From NCBI GenBank assembly GCA_051530055.1, contig CM121343.1:5984389-6048388 (forward strand): DNA of 64,000 nt, given 5' to 3'. Of the stretch, positions 25,926 through 39,690 are shown piece after piece. Both the position numbers and the translations under genes were made by a program. The notes under the pieces are model-generated. The model made no database searches, was not told the origin of the DNA, and saw only the letters and a list, made by a program, of their open reading frames with translations. This DNA comes from Neoechinorhynchus agilis. Its lineage: Eukaryota > Animalia > Acanthocephala. The first letter of the stretch is position 1; each line of letters starts with the position of its first letter.

Positions 25926-28667
25926 GTTTCGCAGAGTGGGAAACTAGAGCGGAGTTCGTGTCCTGCTTCTTCAGTGAATAGCGTTGTTCCTTCATCCTCC
26001 TCTAAAAGTTAATTATCTGGCCAATATAGCAGCGATCACAATTCGAGAAAGGTATTCTATATACCGCCCAATACTGGTGCTTCCGATTATTAACTAAAGA
26101 GCCTTTCGCTTTCCATTGAACAGCCATCAACATCTATCTTATGCGAAATTAAAATATAGTCAAATGCAGTGGCAAATTATTTTTTAAATTTGATCATCAT
26201 TATACAATAATCATGGTATTCTTCATTGTTTTTACTACTGGGAACGGATCTTTATTTTCATTATCAAAGGGGAATCAACAGATCACTCGTCAAAATAGGA
26301 AGATAGTTTTATCGATTTATGCTCAAAGATTAACAAAACTATTTGAAAATTCAAATCGGCGAGTTCGAATGAGTCATAAAACAATGAATAGCAACTTGAT
26401 TATAACTCACAAATTCTTATCAATAATTTTGTTCCATGATTAAGCCTTGTGCTCCAGTTAAGTATTAAACCATTACTCGCCGTTTAAATCGACAGTAAAA
26501 TCTTTATTTGCAAATGATTACTATTGGTAACTTTCGATATTGTCAATAACGCGTTTAACCTTCGACAAATCCTGCTCGTTTTATATGTTACAGTTCAAGT
26601 TAAGGCTAAAAATACCTACTGTCTTGATGTTCGTATTCAGAGCGTTAAAATAAAAATAATCAAGGGCTAAAAGCTGAAAACTTCCGTCAGTATTACGGCA
26701 TGAACCGCAAGCCATAAGAGTCAAATGTCTAAAACCACAAATTTGCTCATAAGATTATCCAGCGCAAAAGCCACAGTACACCACATCCCCGATTGGGCAG
26801 TGATTTATTCGAAACCTTTGGATCGGAGAAAGAAGATGAATCGTTCAATATCTCTGTCTCCCAATCGATGTAACACCTCCATCATTTCGCACAAAACGTA
26901 CTTTCCCAATTTCATAATTGTTTTTGCGTTTTTCGTATATTCAAAATCTATTCCATCTTCTAAGTTTGATTTTTTATAAGTGAAAGTTTCGTCCGGTGTG
27001 ACTTGTGCCTATAAACTGTGTCACGGAACAATTTTATAGTGCATTTATGTGTGTTTTTTAAAGAAAAGAGGTTCAGCCAAAACTCTGGCGATCTACATCT
27101 TCTAAGCTACAAATCCCATTGCCCAAATTTAAGCCGAACTGCCACAAAAAAATGAAACTTCCAGTCGTGCCAAATGAAGCCCATTTGCCACCGTCGCATC
27201 CGCTTAATTTTGAATTAACTTCAATTCAATTCGACTTTAGAGGATTTTCCAGCACGAAAACCGATATACGACAATGAATTGGCAAAAGATGGAACACAAA
27301 CACTAGGCGATTCGAAGTTGCCGGAAACCCACCTTTGCCGAATATGTTTGTGCCATGGGAAGAAACAATAACGTCAGTCAACAAACAAAGTGAACCAGAG
27401 AATCAGGCAAATACTCTTTCAGGTTCTCGAAATTTGCTTGAGTCGTGCTTATGGCAGCAAAGGGAGGATATAGAAACGGGAAATTGGACGATATCGAGTG
27501 TGCTATCAGGACAAAACGTAGCTCTAAATTCTCAAGACATAAATTTGAAATAAACAAATACAACGTCTCGAATAGAACCAGAAGTCGATCGAGAGCAATC
27601 ACCAAAGATTGTGTTGTCTTTGCCTGCAAAGGACCATCAATTTTGCCCAAACTCTCTGCATTTTTAAAGCCAGATCTTCTGAGATTAGAAAAGATCTTAT
27701 ATAATTTTTAACAATCTTATGAACCCTCAAAATGATTCACGTTTTTCCAATTTCAATACCCCACTCAAAATTCGAATTTTAGGAAACGCCCTGACCGTTA
27801 TTCTATGCCATAAAACAGACAGGGGAAATGAAAAACTTCTTAAATTAGGTAATAAAAAGGCCAAAAGAGCTCTAAAGCTTGGTTTAAATTATCATCAAGC
27901 ACAAGTTTTTGGAAAAACTGGAGCATCCCTGGCTTGGTTTTCTTTTCAAGAGGTCGTCCACCCTTACAAAAGGTTTTTTTCATTAATGCCTCCATAAAAC
28001 ACCTCGATTCCTTCCGTTTCAAGAGTTTCTGCCCATCACGGTTGCAGCACTAGACTTCATAAATTTCGATCGGAAATTGCTTGCCTTGTGCATTTCTATG
28101 TATGAATGATAAATAAAATCGGTTGTTGATGAAAACAGGAGGCGATTCGAAGAAATATTTAAGAATGTAAAGATGGTTGAAGCACGTCGATCAAAAAACC
28201 TCAGAGTACTTGATTAAATGAACATTATTAATGCCTGGTGATAGTTTTTATACAGATATTGATCGAGAATATCAATAAGCCGCTGTCTCCTACTACGAGT
28301 TCATATATTGCGTTTGAATTAATGGCATCAAATTTACAAAGATCGACATGTCCATTTATGTTCTCGTGAAGGCATTCAATACTGAAGGTCGCATCTTCGA
28401 ATTTAGAAAAATAACATTTACTTTTTTAACGAACAGTCGTTTCTAAGTCATAAAATCATTTTTATATCATCAACGAAGAATATTCAAAATCAAATTGAAA
28501 CATGAGAACATACTTAATATTGATTTTATTGACATCATACCTTAAATTTTTCAAATCAAAATTACTCCTTATAGAAAACGATCCGTTTTTGGATCAGAAA
28601 AAGAGAATTTGGAATTGAGCGAGTATTTAACTTACTGAATAGCGGATGGATTTTGACACGATAAATA

Positions 28668-29135
28668 GAATTCGAGTTTGGCGATGTTTTTCCCCCGGAT
28701 TGTTGTTGGTGTTGATCATTTATTTTAAAATATTTTGCAAGCTTTTTGCTTACCTCTTCAGTTATATCTACAAATTAAGCTAAAGTCAGAATTGGACTAT
28801 AGGCATGGATTCGCGGGTTCTCCGCCAGCTGCGGTGACCTAACGTTTTGTTTTGTCAAGAATTTTCGAAACTACAAGCGTATGATTCGCTTTGTTACCCT
28901 CCATGGTTACATTCCCTGTGATGTATATTGTCTCCATTACCAATCTCCTCCGTAAATTAGCCTCAGGCTGTATTGTTGATGCTCGTGTCCGAAGTCCACA
29001 CGGTATTTTTCCTTCTCCTGGTGATTGGGGATCGCTGGGGAACTATCAAACCTAAGCTTACGAAATATTTTAAAATAAATGATTAACACCAACAACAATC
29101 CGGGGAAAAACATCGTCAAACTCGAATCAAATTCA
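28668..29135. repeat. Fold-back of a diverged satellite-5-family monomer around a ~300-bp spacer
   Basis: 28670-28745 is the reverse complement of ~29055-29135; the right arm begins inside the HHR-like core (..cttacGAAATATT). Confidence 0.7.
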
Positions 29136-29214
29136 ACCCGACGACAATTCTCTATGATTAATAGAATCCCAGATTTATTATCGAACGGAAAATGGGTGTT
29201 TTATTTATTTTCTT

Positions 29215-29253
29215 ACTTCAAATTTTCGACGCCTTGCGTCTTCGTCAGGAAGC
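29215..29253 (-). ncRNA. Minimal Penelope-type hammerhead ribozyme (family B)
   Basis: GCTTC-CTGACGA-A-GACGC-AAG-GCGTC-GAAA-ATT-T-GAAGT: intact core, 5-bp helix II, palindromic AATT helix III, 5-bp helix I. Confidence 0.8.
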
Positions 29254-29624
29254 TTTTCTTCGGTTATCTGAAAAGGAATCAGAGGAGGGCAACGCTGTCC
29301 GTGATCCGTTGCTCCAAAATCTTTATCCTCTCCAGAGTCGCGAAGAAGTTTGAAGAGGCTCATAATATTATGGAAAGCCTCTTTTCCCAACACCATAGAG
29401 GCTTTCCATAATATTATGATCAATAGAATTCTTTGGCTACTGCATTTGCGATTTGGTTTTTTTATTAGGAACCGGCCTTTATGGGAAGTATGTGGTATGA
29501 AACTTACTGGGAAAGATTTTTTGGGATTGTCCACTCAAAGCTTCAGCTACATATAGCGTCGCCGAGCAGTTATTATTTTGTTAAATTTATTTATCTGATG
29601 TAAAAGGTTCCTCGGTGGTATTAG

Positions 29625-29704
29625 TGTTGCTGAGGTGATTCCTACTCTCCGGGCAATAAATCAATATCTTTATTGTCCGGAGAGTAGGAATCACCTCAGC
29701 AACA
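29625..29704. repeat. Near-perfect 80-nt hairpin (36-bp stem, 8-nt loop)
   Basis: tgttgctgaggtgattcctactctccgggcaataaa-tcaatatc-tttattgtccggagagtaggaatcacctcagcaaca. Confidence 0.9.
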
Positions 29705-29844
29705 TTATTTATATTTAATCGCACATACACACATTCGATTCGTATTCGTAGTTGCTTGCTAAAGTAGAAAAATCTAAATGCAATTAAAAGAGTTATAATT
29801 TTGGTACAAATATTTTATAAGCGAAAAGTTTTTTTATTTTTTTT

Positions 29845-30060
29845 GTCCCCTTTGGGGTAGAGACGTATGGAGCGCTCGGCAGCTCGGCACTCTCTCTGCT
29901 CCAGGATCTCTCGAAGAAATTGAGAGAGGCAACCGGAGACTCAAGAGCAGGCGTATTCCTTCGACAAAATATCTCGCTAGCAGAACAACGGGGCAATGCT
30001 GCCAGCGTGATGGCGACGGTCGAGGAAGGACAAAAGCTGGAATTCGGCGGGAGGTGGTGA
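29845..30060 (+). mobile_element. 3-prime end of a CRE-clade non-LTR retrotransposon (RLE domain tail)
   Basis: Frame VPFGVETYGALGSSALSLLQDLSKKLREATGDSRAGVFLRQNISLAEQRGNAASVMATV. Confidence 0.85.
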
Positions 30061-31464
30061 GTGTGTTAATTGTCGAGAAATGAAGATTGATTGAATTAAA
30101 AAAATCAGGTTACTAAAAAAAATATCTTTAAAAAATTTTTTTGAAAAGGAATCAATTTTTTTTCATTTACACCCACAACAACAAAACGTTTAAACAACCA
30201 CCACCGTCCACGAAGAAGAGACATTGCTCTCCAAACAGTGGTCGCGACCACACTCACTCACTGCGTTTCCTCCTTGGATCGCGAGACCAATGTTTTGACA
30301 CAGGAAGGCACCAGTTTATTAGTTAACAAAGCAAAGGACTCATGTATCTTTGGGTCTTCCGAACACTCGAGTCCTCCGATGGTTTAAAAGTCATTTAATC
30401 AGGAAAGTTAAGTCCTAGACAGATCCTTATGGCAGATTGACAAATCCTTAAGAATTTCCAAAAACAAGTCCTTACCCTCTGTATCAATGAAGATAAAAAT
30501 GCATAAAAAATTCATTATCCAAATACTTTATAAAATGTGATATGGCCGTAGATGTTGAGGATTATTTTTGAAACGTTGATTACTGAAAAAATATTTTGCT
30601 AATCTAGATCATCTCTTTTTTAATGCTCAACATAAGAACGTCCAACCGTACTTTTGTGAGAATAAAAGAAACTTGATTTTAGTTTGAGGATAGACGCAAC
30701 TTTGGCATGATCATTAAACTCGAGAACGACCCACATTCGTTCTCAGGACTCACTAAAATGTCCTCCTCCTTCCGTGCTATATCATTTGTAGCCAGAGAAC
30801 CGTTTTTCACTTTTTGGAAGGAAAGTCCATCGCTTTGAATTAAGTGCTTTAAAATGGTCGTGTAATTAATACCTCGCAGTCAAGAAGTATAAGAATTGTC
30901 GGTTGATTAGGAAGGCGGTCGTGTTTTCGTTTAAATTTTGCTAGTGATCGAAACCGTTGAGAAATGCCATAAAATGGACTGATTCTCTGTGGTTATTAAT
31001 TCCTAAAAACTAAGAACACGATACTAAAGAAAACTTTACTAACCACCGTATATTCATTATTTAAAATTTAGAGCATTGAAGATTTTGGGTTGTGGGATAG
31101 GAGCAGCTCGCATCCTCAGAAAAAAACTGAGGGACAACACGATGACATTCTTGAAAATGAACGTTAAATTTTGAACGGATTCCAGTATAAACGTTCGAAA
31201 GAATTGAACGTTTTTAGAGGCGATAAATGAGTTATTTGGCGTTCAATATTTAAAGATTTATGTCTTTAATTCGTTCTTATCGTGATTGGAGGTGTTAAGA
31301 CGTCTTTATGGGTTTTGAAATGTCCGAATGATTTTGAATTGTTTTCAAAAAAAAGTTGATATGAGTGATTGAAAGATTATTGGTTTATACACAAGATGAG
31401 AATTTCGTTTTTGTGTTATCTAAAATAAGTTCTGTTATAGATTTTCTGAAATGATTTTAGATAA

Positions 31465-32851
31465 ATGGAGACGATTATCGACGGTCAAAATCAAGTGCGT
31501 GATGTTCGTTTTAACCAAGACTGCAATTGCATTTTGGTTGCATACGATTCTAAGCTTCAAATCGTGAGTATAAGCGAAATGCTGGACGCGCCCGATAGAA
31601 TTATCCATGAAGCTGAAATAGCAAACGTTTACGTGATGGAACGACTTTTTTCAAGCAGTTTAATCGCGATTGTTACAAGTGATGATAAACTTCTTCTCCG
31701 TATGTACCAAGTAGACGATTGGAATGAGGTATGCAGGACTCGGCTCCCAGAAGCGATTTTGACGGTCAAACTGAACCGAGTACGGGTTGTAGTTGGTACA
31801 TTTTCAACGATCAATATATATTCGATAAATAATATGCAAGTTCTCCACACCATAACAAACCTTCAAAACCATAATGCAAGTTTAATTGCATTGTCTATAA
31901 GTTCCGTTGATTGTAATTTGGCATACCAATCACCCGCTGATCCCGGTAGTTTGCAATTATTTGATTCACTCATACAGAAGTCCAAAGGGTTAATAAAAGC
32001 GCACAATAGTTCTCTTGTCCATATCGCATTCGACCATTCTGGATTGCTTGTGGCAACAGCTTCTCATAAAGGTACTCTCATTCGGGTGTTCAACGTGCCG
32101 AATTGTACGCAATTATGTGAACTAAGACGTGGCCTTCGACGAGTTGCTAATATTAATTCAATGGCTTTTGATAAAAATGGTGAGTATTTGGCTGTTTGCA
32201 GCGATCTACGAACCGTACACGTTTTTAAACTGCCTCAATCGAACCCACCGACTACTACTACTGCTCCACATGTGGATCTAAGGGCATACAATAACTAAAT
32301 TGACACAGATCCACATACAAACACATGAGATTGCAACTTCTATTGGGAATAATGAAGATATTTCCAACAGCGCGACTAATACATGGACATCAACGGTTGT
32401 AGGTCTTGCAAGCTCCGTGGCTAATTCAATGATGTCAAAAGCAAGATCAACTTTAGTACGATCTCATGGACATTCAACGTCCGAAAAAAATCCAACCATC
32501 GTATTTGAACGGTCGTTCATATCCTTTAAACTACCAACTGCTGGATCGAAACCGGTCTGTGCATTAACTAGACTGAGGAACGACTTAAGGATCTTTATAG
32601 CCACAAAGTCTGGAATTATATATACCTATGGAGTTCATGAATATAAGCGAAACAAGTCAAACGACAACGAAGTCAGTGTGTATCTTGTATCAACATTCCC
32701 CCTTTACGATCTCGATTCGGGCTTTATGCAAACCACGAAGTATTCAACTGTTATTTTGTCCTCTCCTGCACGTAAGTCAAATGAAGGGACCGAAAAGTCC
32801 AATTCTAACGATATAAATGCCAATCTTAATCTGGATTCAGATATTGATTGA
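31465..32851 (+). CDS. WIPI: WIPI/ATG18 PROPPIN WD40 protein; 37-nt intron at 32272-32308 joins the two ORFs
   Basis: MERLFSSSLIAIV, IKAHNSSLVHIAFDHSGLLVATASHKGTLIRVF, ELRRG, VCSDLRTVHVFKL; the GT..AG intron restores the frame (TAPH|IHIQ). Confidence 0.93.
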
Positions 32852-34127
32852 ACATTATACTTTATGTTCCGTAGTTTTGCACTAAAAATGCTGATTTTGA
32901 CACGTCGAGGGACGGCTTATTCTGGACAAGTGGAATATCCGAAAATAACAATTCCAAATCAATGGTCTTGTTCACCAATTAAAAATTATTGATGCACTCT
33001 ATTTCGAATCTGATTTTGCTCTTATTAATTAATGATTTAAACCCAACATCACGAGTATAATTTTGAGATTAGCGCACCTTTTTAATACAATCAAAAGATT
33101 ATTGTGATAAATCACTTCTATTTATCAATTTTTATGCGTAGCAATTATTACGGCTGTCCAAATTGTTCTTGTTAACCTTTTTATGCCTTCGCTAAATGTT
33201 TCATTGGAATATAATCGCTAATCTTTTAATTTTTCACTATATCAAATATGACACGAAAAATTGCGCGATCTACAATTATTGTGGATTTAATTTTTTTCAA
33301 TACCACGTTTAATCGCTTCGTTTACGAATTTCACTCTAATTTTACAAAACTCATGATTCATTTCGATGATATTTTTCCTCGGGCGGCAAATCTTCTGTTT
33401 GCGCCATGTTTAACGCAGCTAAGTTTTAAATTTCAGGGTAATATATTGAGGAATCATCACAATAGAGAAACTTTAATTATTATTGTCGCTTTTGTGATAT
33501 GCGATTCACTCCAAGTCTACTTTTAGCAAGCTAGAAACCTTAAATAATTAGTCCAACTCTTCTAACAATAAGTCACTTGGTCTAGATTGTAATTTTCAAA
33601 AAGAGCGCCAGCGTTTGTAATTTATCCTAAGATTTTCCGATCGAACAACTGACCTTAACTCCATAACTCTCAAATCCATATTGCCGACATCCACTTACCC
33701 AGTTAAAGAACTCGAAATACTTTCACTTTTCAGGACTGATTGAGGCATAAATTCTGTGGCTTGTGGTTTGCCCTTCTTTACGGTGTGCTCATTGAGTTAA
33801 GGATTTGCAGTCTATGTAAAGGAAACAACCGAATCTTTCTTAACGAGTTTAAAATTTTCAATTGTGAAACAAAAAGCCGCCTGAACCAAAGTGCAATTGA
33901 AATTAAAACTGTGATTTTTCGAACAAGTAGCAAGTAATTTTCGAGAGAATTTTTACAACAGTTCTATTAATAAGTTTCCGAGAAAGGGAGTAAAAATCTT
34001 TGTCGTTGGTGTATTTCTGGGTGACATTTTATTGATTTTACTTGGGAAAATAAACAAGGATAAACACTATTCACACACTGTACTAAACTGCTTCAAAGCA
34101 ACAGGTTCTTCGCTGGTTGTGCTTGTA

Positions 34128-34553
34128 CTATTCATTAGAAGCGACGTTATCTACAACAGATTGTTGCCCATTTATCCTCGGTAATATTTCAGCATAAAGT
34201 GCATTCTCCTGCTGCTGCATAGCGCTCATTTGTCCAGTGGTAGATATTGCCTGATAATAGCTATCGTCGTGCCAGTATTGCCTGACAATAATGTCAGTGT
34301 AGAGGGGATACGCTGGCGTCGAAATACCACTATTGCTCTGTATACTTGCGTATAAATCGATCCTGTATCGATGATCGTCCACGTCGGTATCAGCTTGACG
34401 TTGTGGATTATGTTGAACCTGACTGTAGACTGCTTCACTTTCTCCATTGCCTTTTAATTTCATTCCAATTCTCTTATGGACCCAACATGGGCCTCGGCGA
34501 CGGTGTGGTTTACATTGGGAGTGTATATTTTGTTTCTGGCAACATGAACCCAT
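34128..34553 (-). CDS. 141-aa putative lipid-anchored adaptor (MGSCC N-terminus, repeated YxxI/V motifs)
   Basis: MGSCCQK start; VYSQV, LYASI, LYTDI, YYQAI, LYAEI. Confidence 0.55.
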   Translation of the reverse strand: MGSCCQKQNIHSQCKPHRRRGPCWVHKRIGMKLKGNGESEAVYSQVQHNPQRQADTDVDDHRYRIDLYASIQSNSGISTPAYPLYTDIIVRQYWHDDSYYQAISTTGQMSAMQQQENALYAEILPRINGQQSVVDNVASNE

Positions 34554-35031
34554 CTATAGACTTATGATGGCAGTTTCAGACATAAATTAAACTATTTAAA
34601 AGAAACAAGAAAGAGAGAACATGTATATCTTTATTGTATTTAAATTTTTTAGTCCAATAAGCTATAAATTTGTGGCCCCTATGGGGAATTATGAATTCAC
34701 CTATTAAAATGGGATCTAATGAATAAAAAAGAAATCGCTACACTCAATGGTTTCACAACATTTCGAATGTGGAGGCGAAAAGCTTGAAGATAAGAAGGTA
34801 GGATTCATTGCCAAGTCTTAGCGGGTATTAAATAAGTAAACAAATGTTGATGTCTATAAAAGAGCGAGATAAAAGCAAATGTTGTTGTTCAAATGATCTC
34901 GTAAGCCAAATATTGGACGAAAAACAGCACACCTGATCGTTCAATGTAAAAATATCTATTTCGAATATATATATAGGTACATAACAAGTCAATTAATAAA
35001 ATCTATCTGTAACCTTGGATATTTATCTGAT

Positions 35032-35170
35032 TTTTGACTTGTGGTGAAGATAGTCCCGATCAGAAATCATTTTCTGTTGTAATGAAATATTTCGAAAGAG
35101 GAAAGTTCGCCTTATCAATCATTACAATAAAATGATTTCTAACCGGGCTTATCTTCACCACAAGTCAAAA
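35032..35170. repeat. Fold-back element with ~52-bp arms; loop resembles a segment of satellite 6
   Basis: ttttgacttgtggtgaagata..gtaatga / tcattac..tatcttcaccacaagtcaaaa; loop aatatttcgaaagaggaaagttc vs satellite 6 aatctttcgaaagaggaaacttc. Confidence 0.8.
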
Positions 35171-36507
35171 TTTACTATCCCGATGGATTTTCTCGCAATG
35201 TGATTTATCTGAATGTTCACACGATCACGAAGGCGAGTAAAAACACAATTAGATCCAAAAACTCCGTAGTATATGAGCCGGAATGATATATTATGTCGAT
35301 AAGGTTGAAATCGGTCAAAGAATATCTGGTATGTGCCAAATTTGCATTAAGCACAAGAAGCTAAAAACATTGGGTATGGATTCTTAGCGAACGTCATCCT
35401 TAAAACCCGTTGAGATTGATTATTAGGATGCATATATTGCAACCAATGGAGTAAAGTACAGGACTAAGCGTTGACCCGAATGAAAAGCATTACGTTCACG
35501 ACTCGTGGTCACGATCTATTAAATGGTTATAAAATTAAGAAACTCGTCTAATCAATCGGTGTATTAGTGCCAGTTTTCCTTTTAAGATGTGATAATGCAC
35601 ACTGCTATAATGTACCTTCCATTAGCATACAAAAAGCCGATATAGTCGATGGAATAAGCGTAACCCGTCCTTCAACCGAAACCCAATTAAACCTCTTGCT
35701 TTCATGATTAGTGAACACTATCAATTTTATGATGATAAAGTTAAAATAATCGTCGCTTAATCGGCCTACACCGCTAAATACTGCATTCAAATTAGTTGTA
35801 AATTATGTTTTAAAGTAAGAGATTGAAGGTTGACATCAAGTGCTCGGCAATAGTGCAGAGAAATTTTATCAATATTTTTGAAGGCCCAAACTTTAGCCAT
35901 GATGGCAACTGTCGCCAAAATTTTATTAGTGTTTCAAAAAATATATATGTTATGATCGATCTACAAAAAATGGGAATTTTCTCTTGATTAAACAGATCTG
36001 ACTTAAGGCAGATTTCCAGCTATTTAAATTATTAAATGATCCTGCGACTCATTTTATTTAACATCCAGTGATGTACAAAATTCGTTTATGAGGCTGCTTT
36101 TCGGTGGACGGCACTCCAATTGGGTTTCCACTGATGCGGTTATTTTCCATTACTAAAATAAAAATGCCTTTTGTGGATTGCGAGATGAATTAACACTTTG
36201 CATTAGAAGCAAGATCGAGAATGTTGAAAGATTCCGATAGGAAATATTAGTCAAAAATTTATGGATCTGTTTTTTGTTTCGATGTAAGGTAAAAAATGCA
36301 AAACCTGCGGACGTGTTAAGTATGCAATATACAACCGTCGGCTGCCATCAATCCTGTGTTAGTTTTAGTGTATTTACTTCGGCGAGAAAATGGTCACTAT
36401 GGACGCCATTTCTATGCCAGTTAAAACATGGGAAACAAGATTCCACTGTAACTCTGAACAAAATATAGGAATGGTAATCAGTTTATATGAATTTTTTTTC
36501 TTTAATT

Positions 36508-36607
36508 AGAATAAGCCTCGCAATCCAACGAGGAAATGCGGTCAGCGTCCGGGGGAAGATTTAATCTAAAATTGTCTTTTAAAAAAAGAAACAATAAAAA
36601 GATTATT
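36508..36607 (+). mobile_element. CRE-clade retrotransposon extreme 3-prime end
   Basis: RISLAIQRGNAVSVRG* plus A-rich tail, nearly identical to 38200-38300. Confidence 0.75.
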
Positions 36608-38134
36608 AGCAAATTAAAATAAAAAGAATATTAAAGTTTATATGAATTGTGCCACCGAAATTTAGATGTTCCACATGTAAAAGCTCAGAATATTTCGAAA
36701 ATTGCCAAACTTAGTATTATTCGACGACTTCACAGTAAATAACATGAGGTTTTCGTCGGTCATGGATGCTTTTTGAGAACGTAAAAGTTTGGATTATGAA
36801 TTACAAATATTGGTGAATACGTCGTCGATATCCATTCGACACTATGGGTCATTAGCGTTAGGATGAAACGAGAGAAATAGTTAATGAGTCGTAAAAATGA
36901 TTACACGTAAAAAAACTAGCAAGTAAGCCATGAGAAACAAATTCTGTAAGGATTCCTCTAATAAAACCACATTCACTACCACGGACACCGAACTGCGTTT
37001 TCGGTACTTTCAAAAGAAAATGTCTTTTGATTATTGATGGAGTTAAATAATCGATTTCCCATAAGATTATAAACTTATTAGACTTGGGGAGTATCAGTTT
37101 TTTTGCAAAATACACGAGCGATGACTGATATTGATAGCTTAAATAACGATCAACACTGATGAGCATACCTCGCATTCCAAAGATTCCGTTCTCGACAATC
37201 TAAAACAAAATGTAGACGGACAAAGTGCAATCCTAGGGCAGACCAAACGCACACAACACTTGAGTTTCTTTGTAAGTATTCGTGTTGCAACACTATCCGG
37301 ACACTAAAGGAACTCATGTCGATTTCCTTCATCCACCGTCTAATCAAATCGATTGAACTTAACAACCATACAAATCCATGAGTTAAAAGCTTTCAGGATT
37401 ATATGTTTTTTTGGGTGATAACAAAAATAGAGATGGATTATTCTCAATATTTCGTCGGACTTCAGTTTCCTTGTTTTTCTCACATATTTAAAAACGCAAG
37501 TCCAACGAAATATCGACAATAATCAATATCGTCTCATTGGTTGAGCTTTTCGTGGAAGATGGATATGAAGATCCCTCAAATGCATCTCGATAAGCAATTT
37601 TGTCGAGGATCTGATGAGAAAAGTCATTAGAATGAACAAAGAGAAAAATTAAGTCACCATCGTCAATGTAGGACCGGAAAAATACGTGAAACTTACATTC
37701 AGAAAAAAACATTCTATAGGATCTTTATTAAAATATTAGTACTAAACTCAAAGCAAGAGACTGAACAGTTCAACAGAGGAAAGAGTTCAAATTACTAAAA
37801 TCACAATGCGGACTCTCTCATCGAATTGCGTTTTCCATTCAGTCTACGAGTCACTCATTGAACAACGGTTCTCTTTCAGACAAATGGTTGCTGATGCCGT
37901 TATTGCCGCCATAATGTAGCTTTCTTGCGGAACTTCTCACAGAGAAACTAAAAGTCAGTGGGTTTGCTTCTCAGTTTATGAACGTCTGATATCCCAGAAC
38001 GCTTCTTTAGTTCCATTGAACGTGTCCCGTTCAGAAATATAAACGAGCTAAGTTTAGTGGATGTTCAAAAAAAAGAACCGTAATCATCGGGATTGAAATC
38101 GTCGATTTTTTTGGTAAGGCGAAATAAAGAAAAT

Positions 38135-38300
38135 GCCGAACTCGGAAGACGACTTGCAGCACAAACAGGGGAGCGACGCGAGAGGATTTTCCTGATCCAA
38201 AGAATAAGCCTCGCAATCCAACGAGGAAATGCGGTCAGCGTCCGGGGGACGATTTAATCTAAAATTGTCCTTTAAAAAAAGAAACAATAAAAAGATTATT
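38135..38300 (+). mobile_element. CRE-clade retrotransposon 3-prime fragment
   Basis: AELGRRLAAQTGS..LIQRISLAIQRGNAVSVRGTI* (one frameshift). Confidence 0.8.
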
Positions 38301-39475
38301 TATCTTAAAAAAAATAAAGAAAAATAATTTTATTAATATTTCGTGCTCTACGTAGGATTTCTTCAGAATTGCGATCGATTAGTCCATTTCTGTCGAGATT
38401 ATGGAAAGTATTAAAATGCTTTTCTTATAATCTCTGCAGCTTTCGGTCAGTCTGTCACGAATTCGTAGTACAAAAAACGCATCCAATCACACTGATTATA
38501 TTGATTCGCCAAGTGGAAAAATTTGAAGGAAATAAAGCGGACTTTAGGTTCAATCTTACTACAGTGTATGCTGATCCTTTGAATACGTGAATTTTTTTGA
38601 ACCTTGATCAAAAGGTGTACAAGATTGTGCCTCCGAAACCAATTAGATCTTAAAATAAAATCACTTTAATCTTTCTACGCCATAAAATAACCGATAATGG
38701 ATCTCACGACCATCAACTTCTAGTTCACTTCCTTTCTTCGTTCTAAAATCACGGGAACAACGCGCATTTATTTTTGAACTTCGCCGAGAACTTTGCATCG
38801 GTTATTATCCATCGCCACAATACTAAAAGTCTAAGATGATATTCCGATGATTGCTAAATGTGCAATGTTCTTTGGACGCGTAAAAATCTAAGATACCGAA
38901 AAAAACCTGAAGTCCGACGAGACGGACGAAATATTGTCATAAAGGGAATTAATAAAACAAAAATATCCATGAACGACCGGTTCCGCATTCAACCATCGAC
39001 GATCAATTCAATCGGCGACTTAAACTATAAGGAATGAGCCCAAAGAGTCTGGCGGATACGTCGCCAGGATGCACAATTTAAGTTTAAAAACTCAACGGAC
39101 CATTGCCCGCGAAGGCGATTTTATCACCGAATTCACCCAAAGGCGAATTTCATTGCGTCTGCGGCAAAGTCCCGCATGTGATTGGAAATCGTCACTATCA
39201 ATGATCTAAAGATTCCTTTACGTTGAGAGATTTCCATTAGTTTTAAAGAATGCATAAAGGGTCGGAGTAAATTTGATCGTTGAAAAAGGTCCAGAGCAAT
39301 ACTACTTTATCAGTACGAGTTTTCATGAGTTTGAATAAATCGCGTATTGAACACCAAAACTTTTGTGATACACTGGACAATGGGTTTTTAGGCTTTATCA
39401 AACTTTTTACGCTGTGGATTTTGAGGTAGCTTTAACCAGACTGAAAAAGCATTAAAGTATGACAATGACAAAATA

Positions 39476-39690
39476 CTTGTGAATGTGTTCTTTGGTGATG
39501 AGAGAAGAATAGATATTGATTTATTGTTCTCAATATTTCGTCCGTTTCCTATTAAATTCCAAAACTTACAAGCAACCTGAAGAAGTCCAACGAGACGGAC
39601 GAAATATTGAGAACAATAAATCAATATCTATTCTTCTCTCATCACCAAAGAATACAAATGAACAATTTGTTTACAACTTGTGAATGTGTT
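39476..39690 (+). mobile_element. Palindromic HHR-bearing mini-element (family A) with 15-bp flanking direct repeats
   Basis: ~65-bp inverted arms; CTGAAGA-A-GTCC-aacgagac-GGAC-GAAA-TAT-T at 39577-39608; acttgtgaatgtgtt on both flanks. Relatives at ~1510-1570, ~37440, ~38905, ~47960. Confidence 0.75.
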
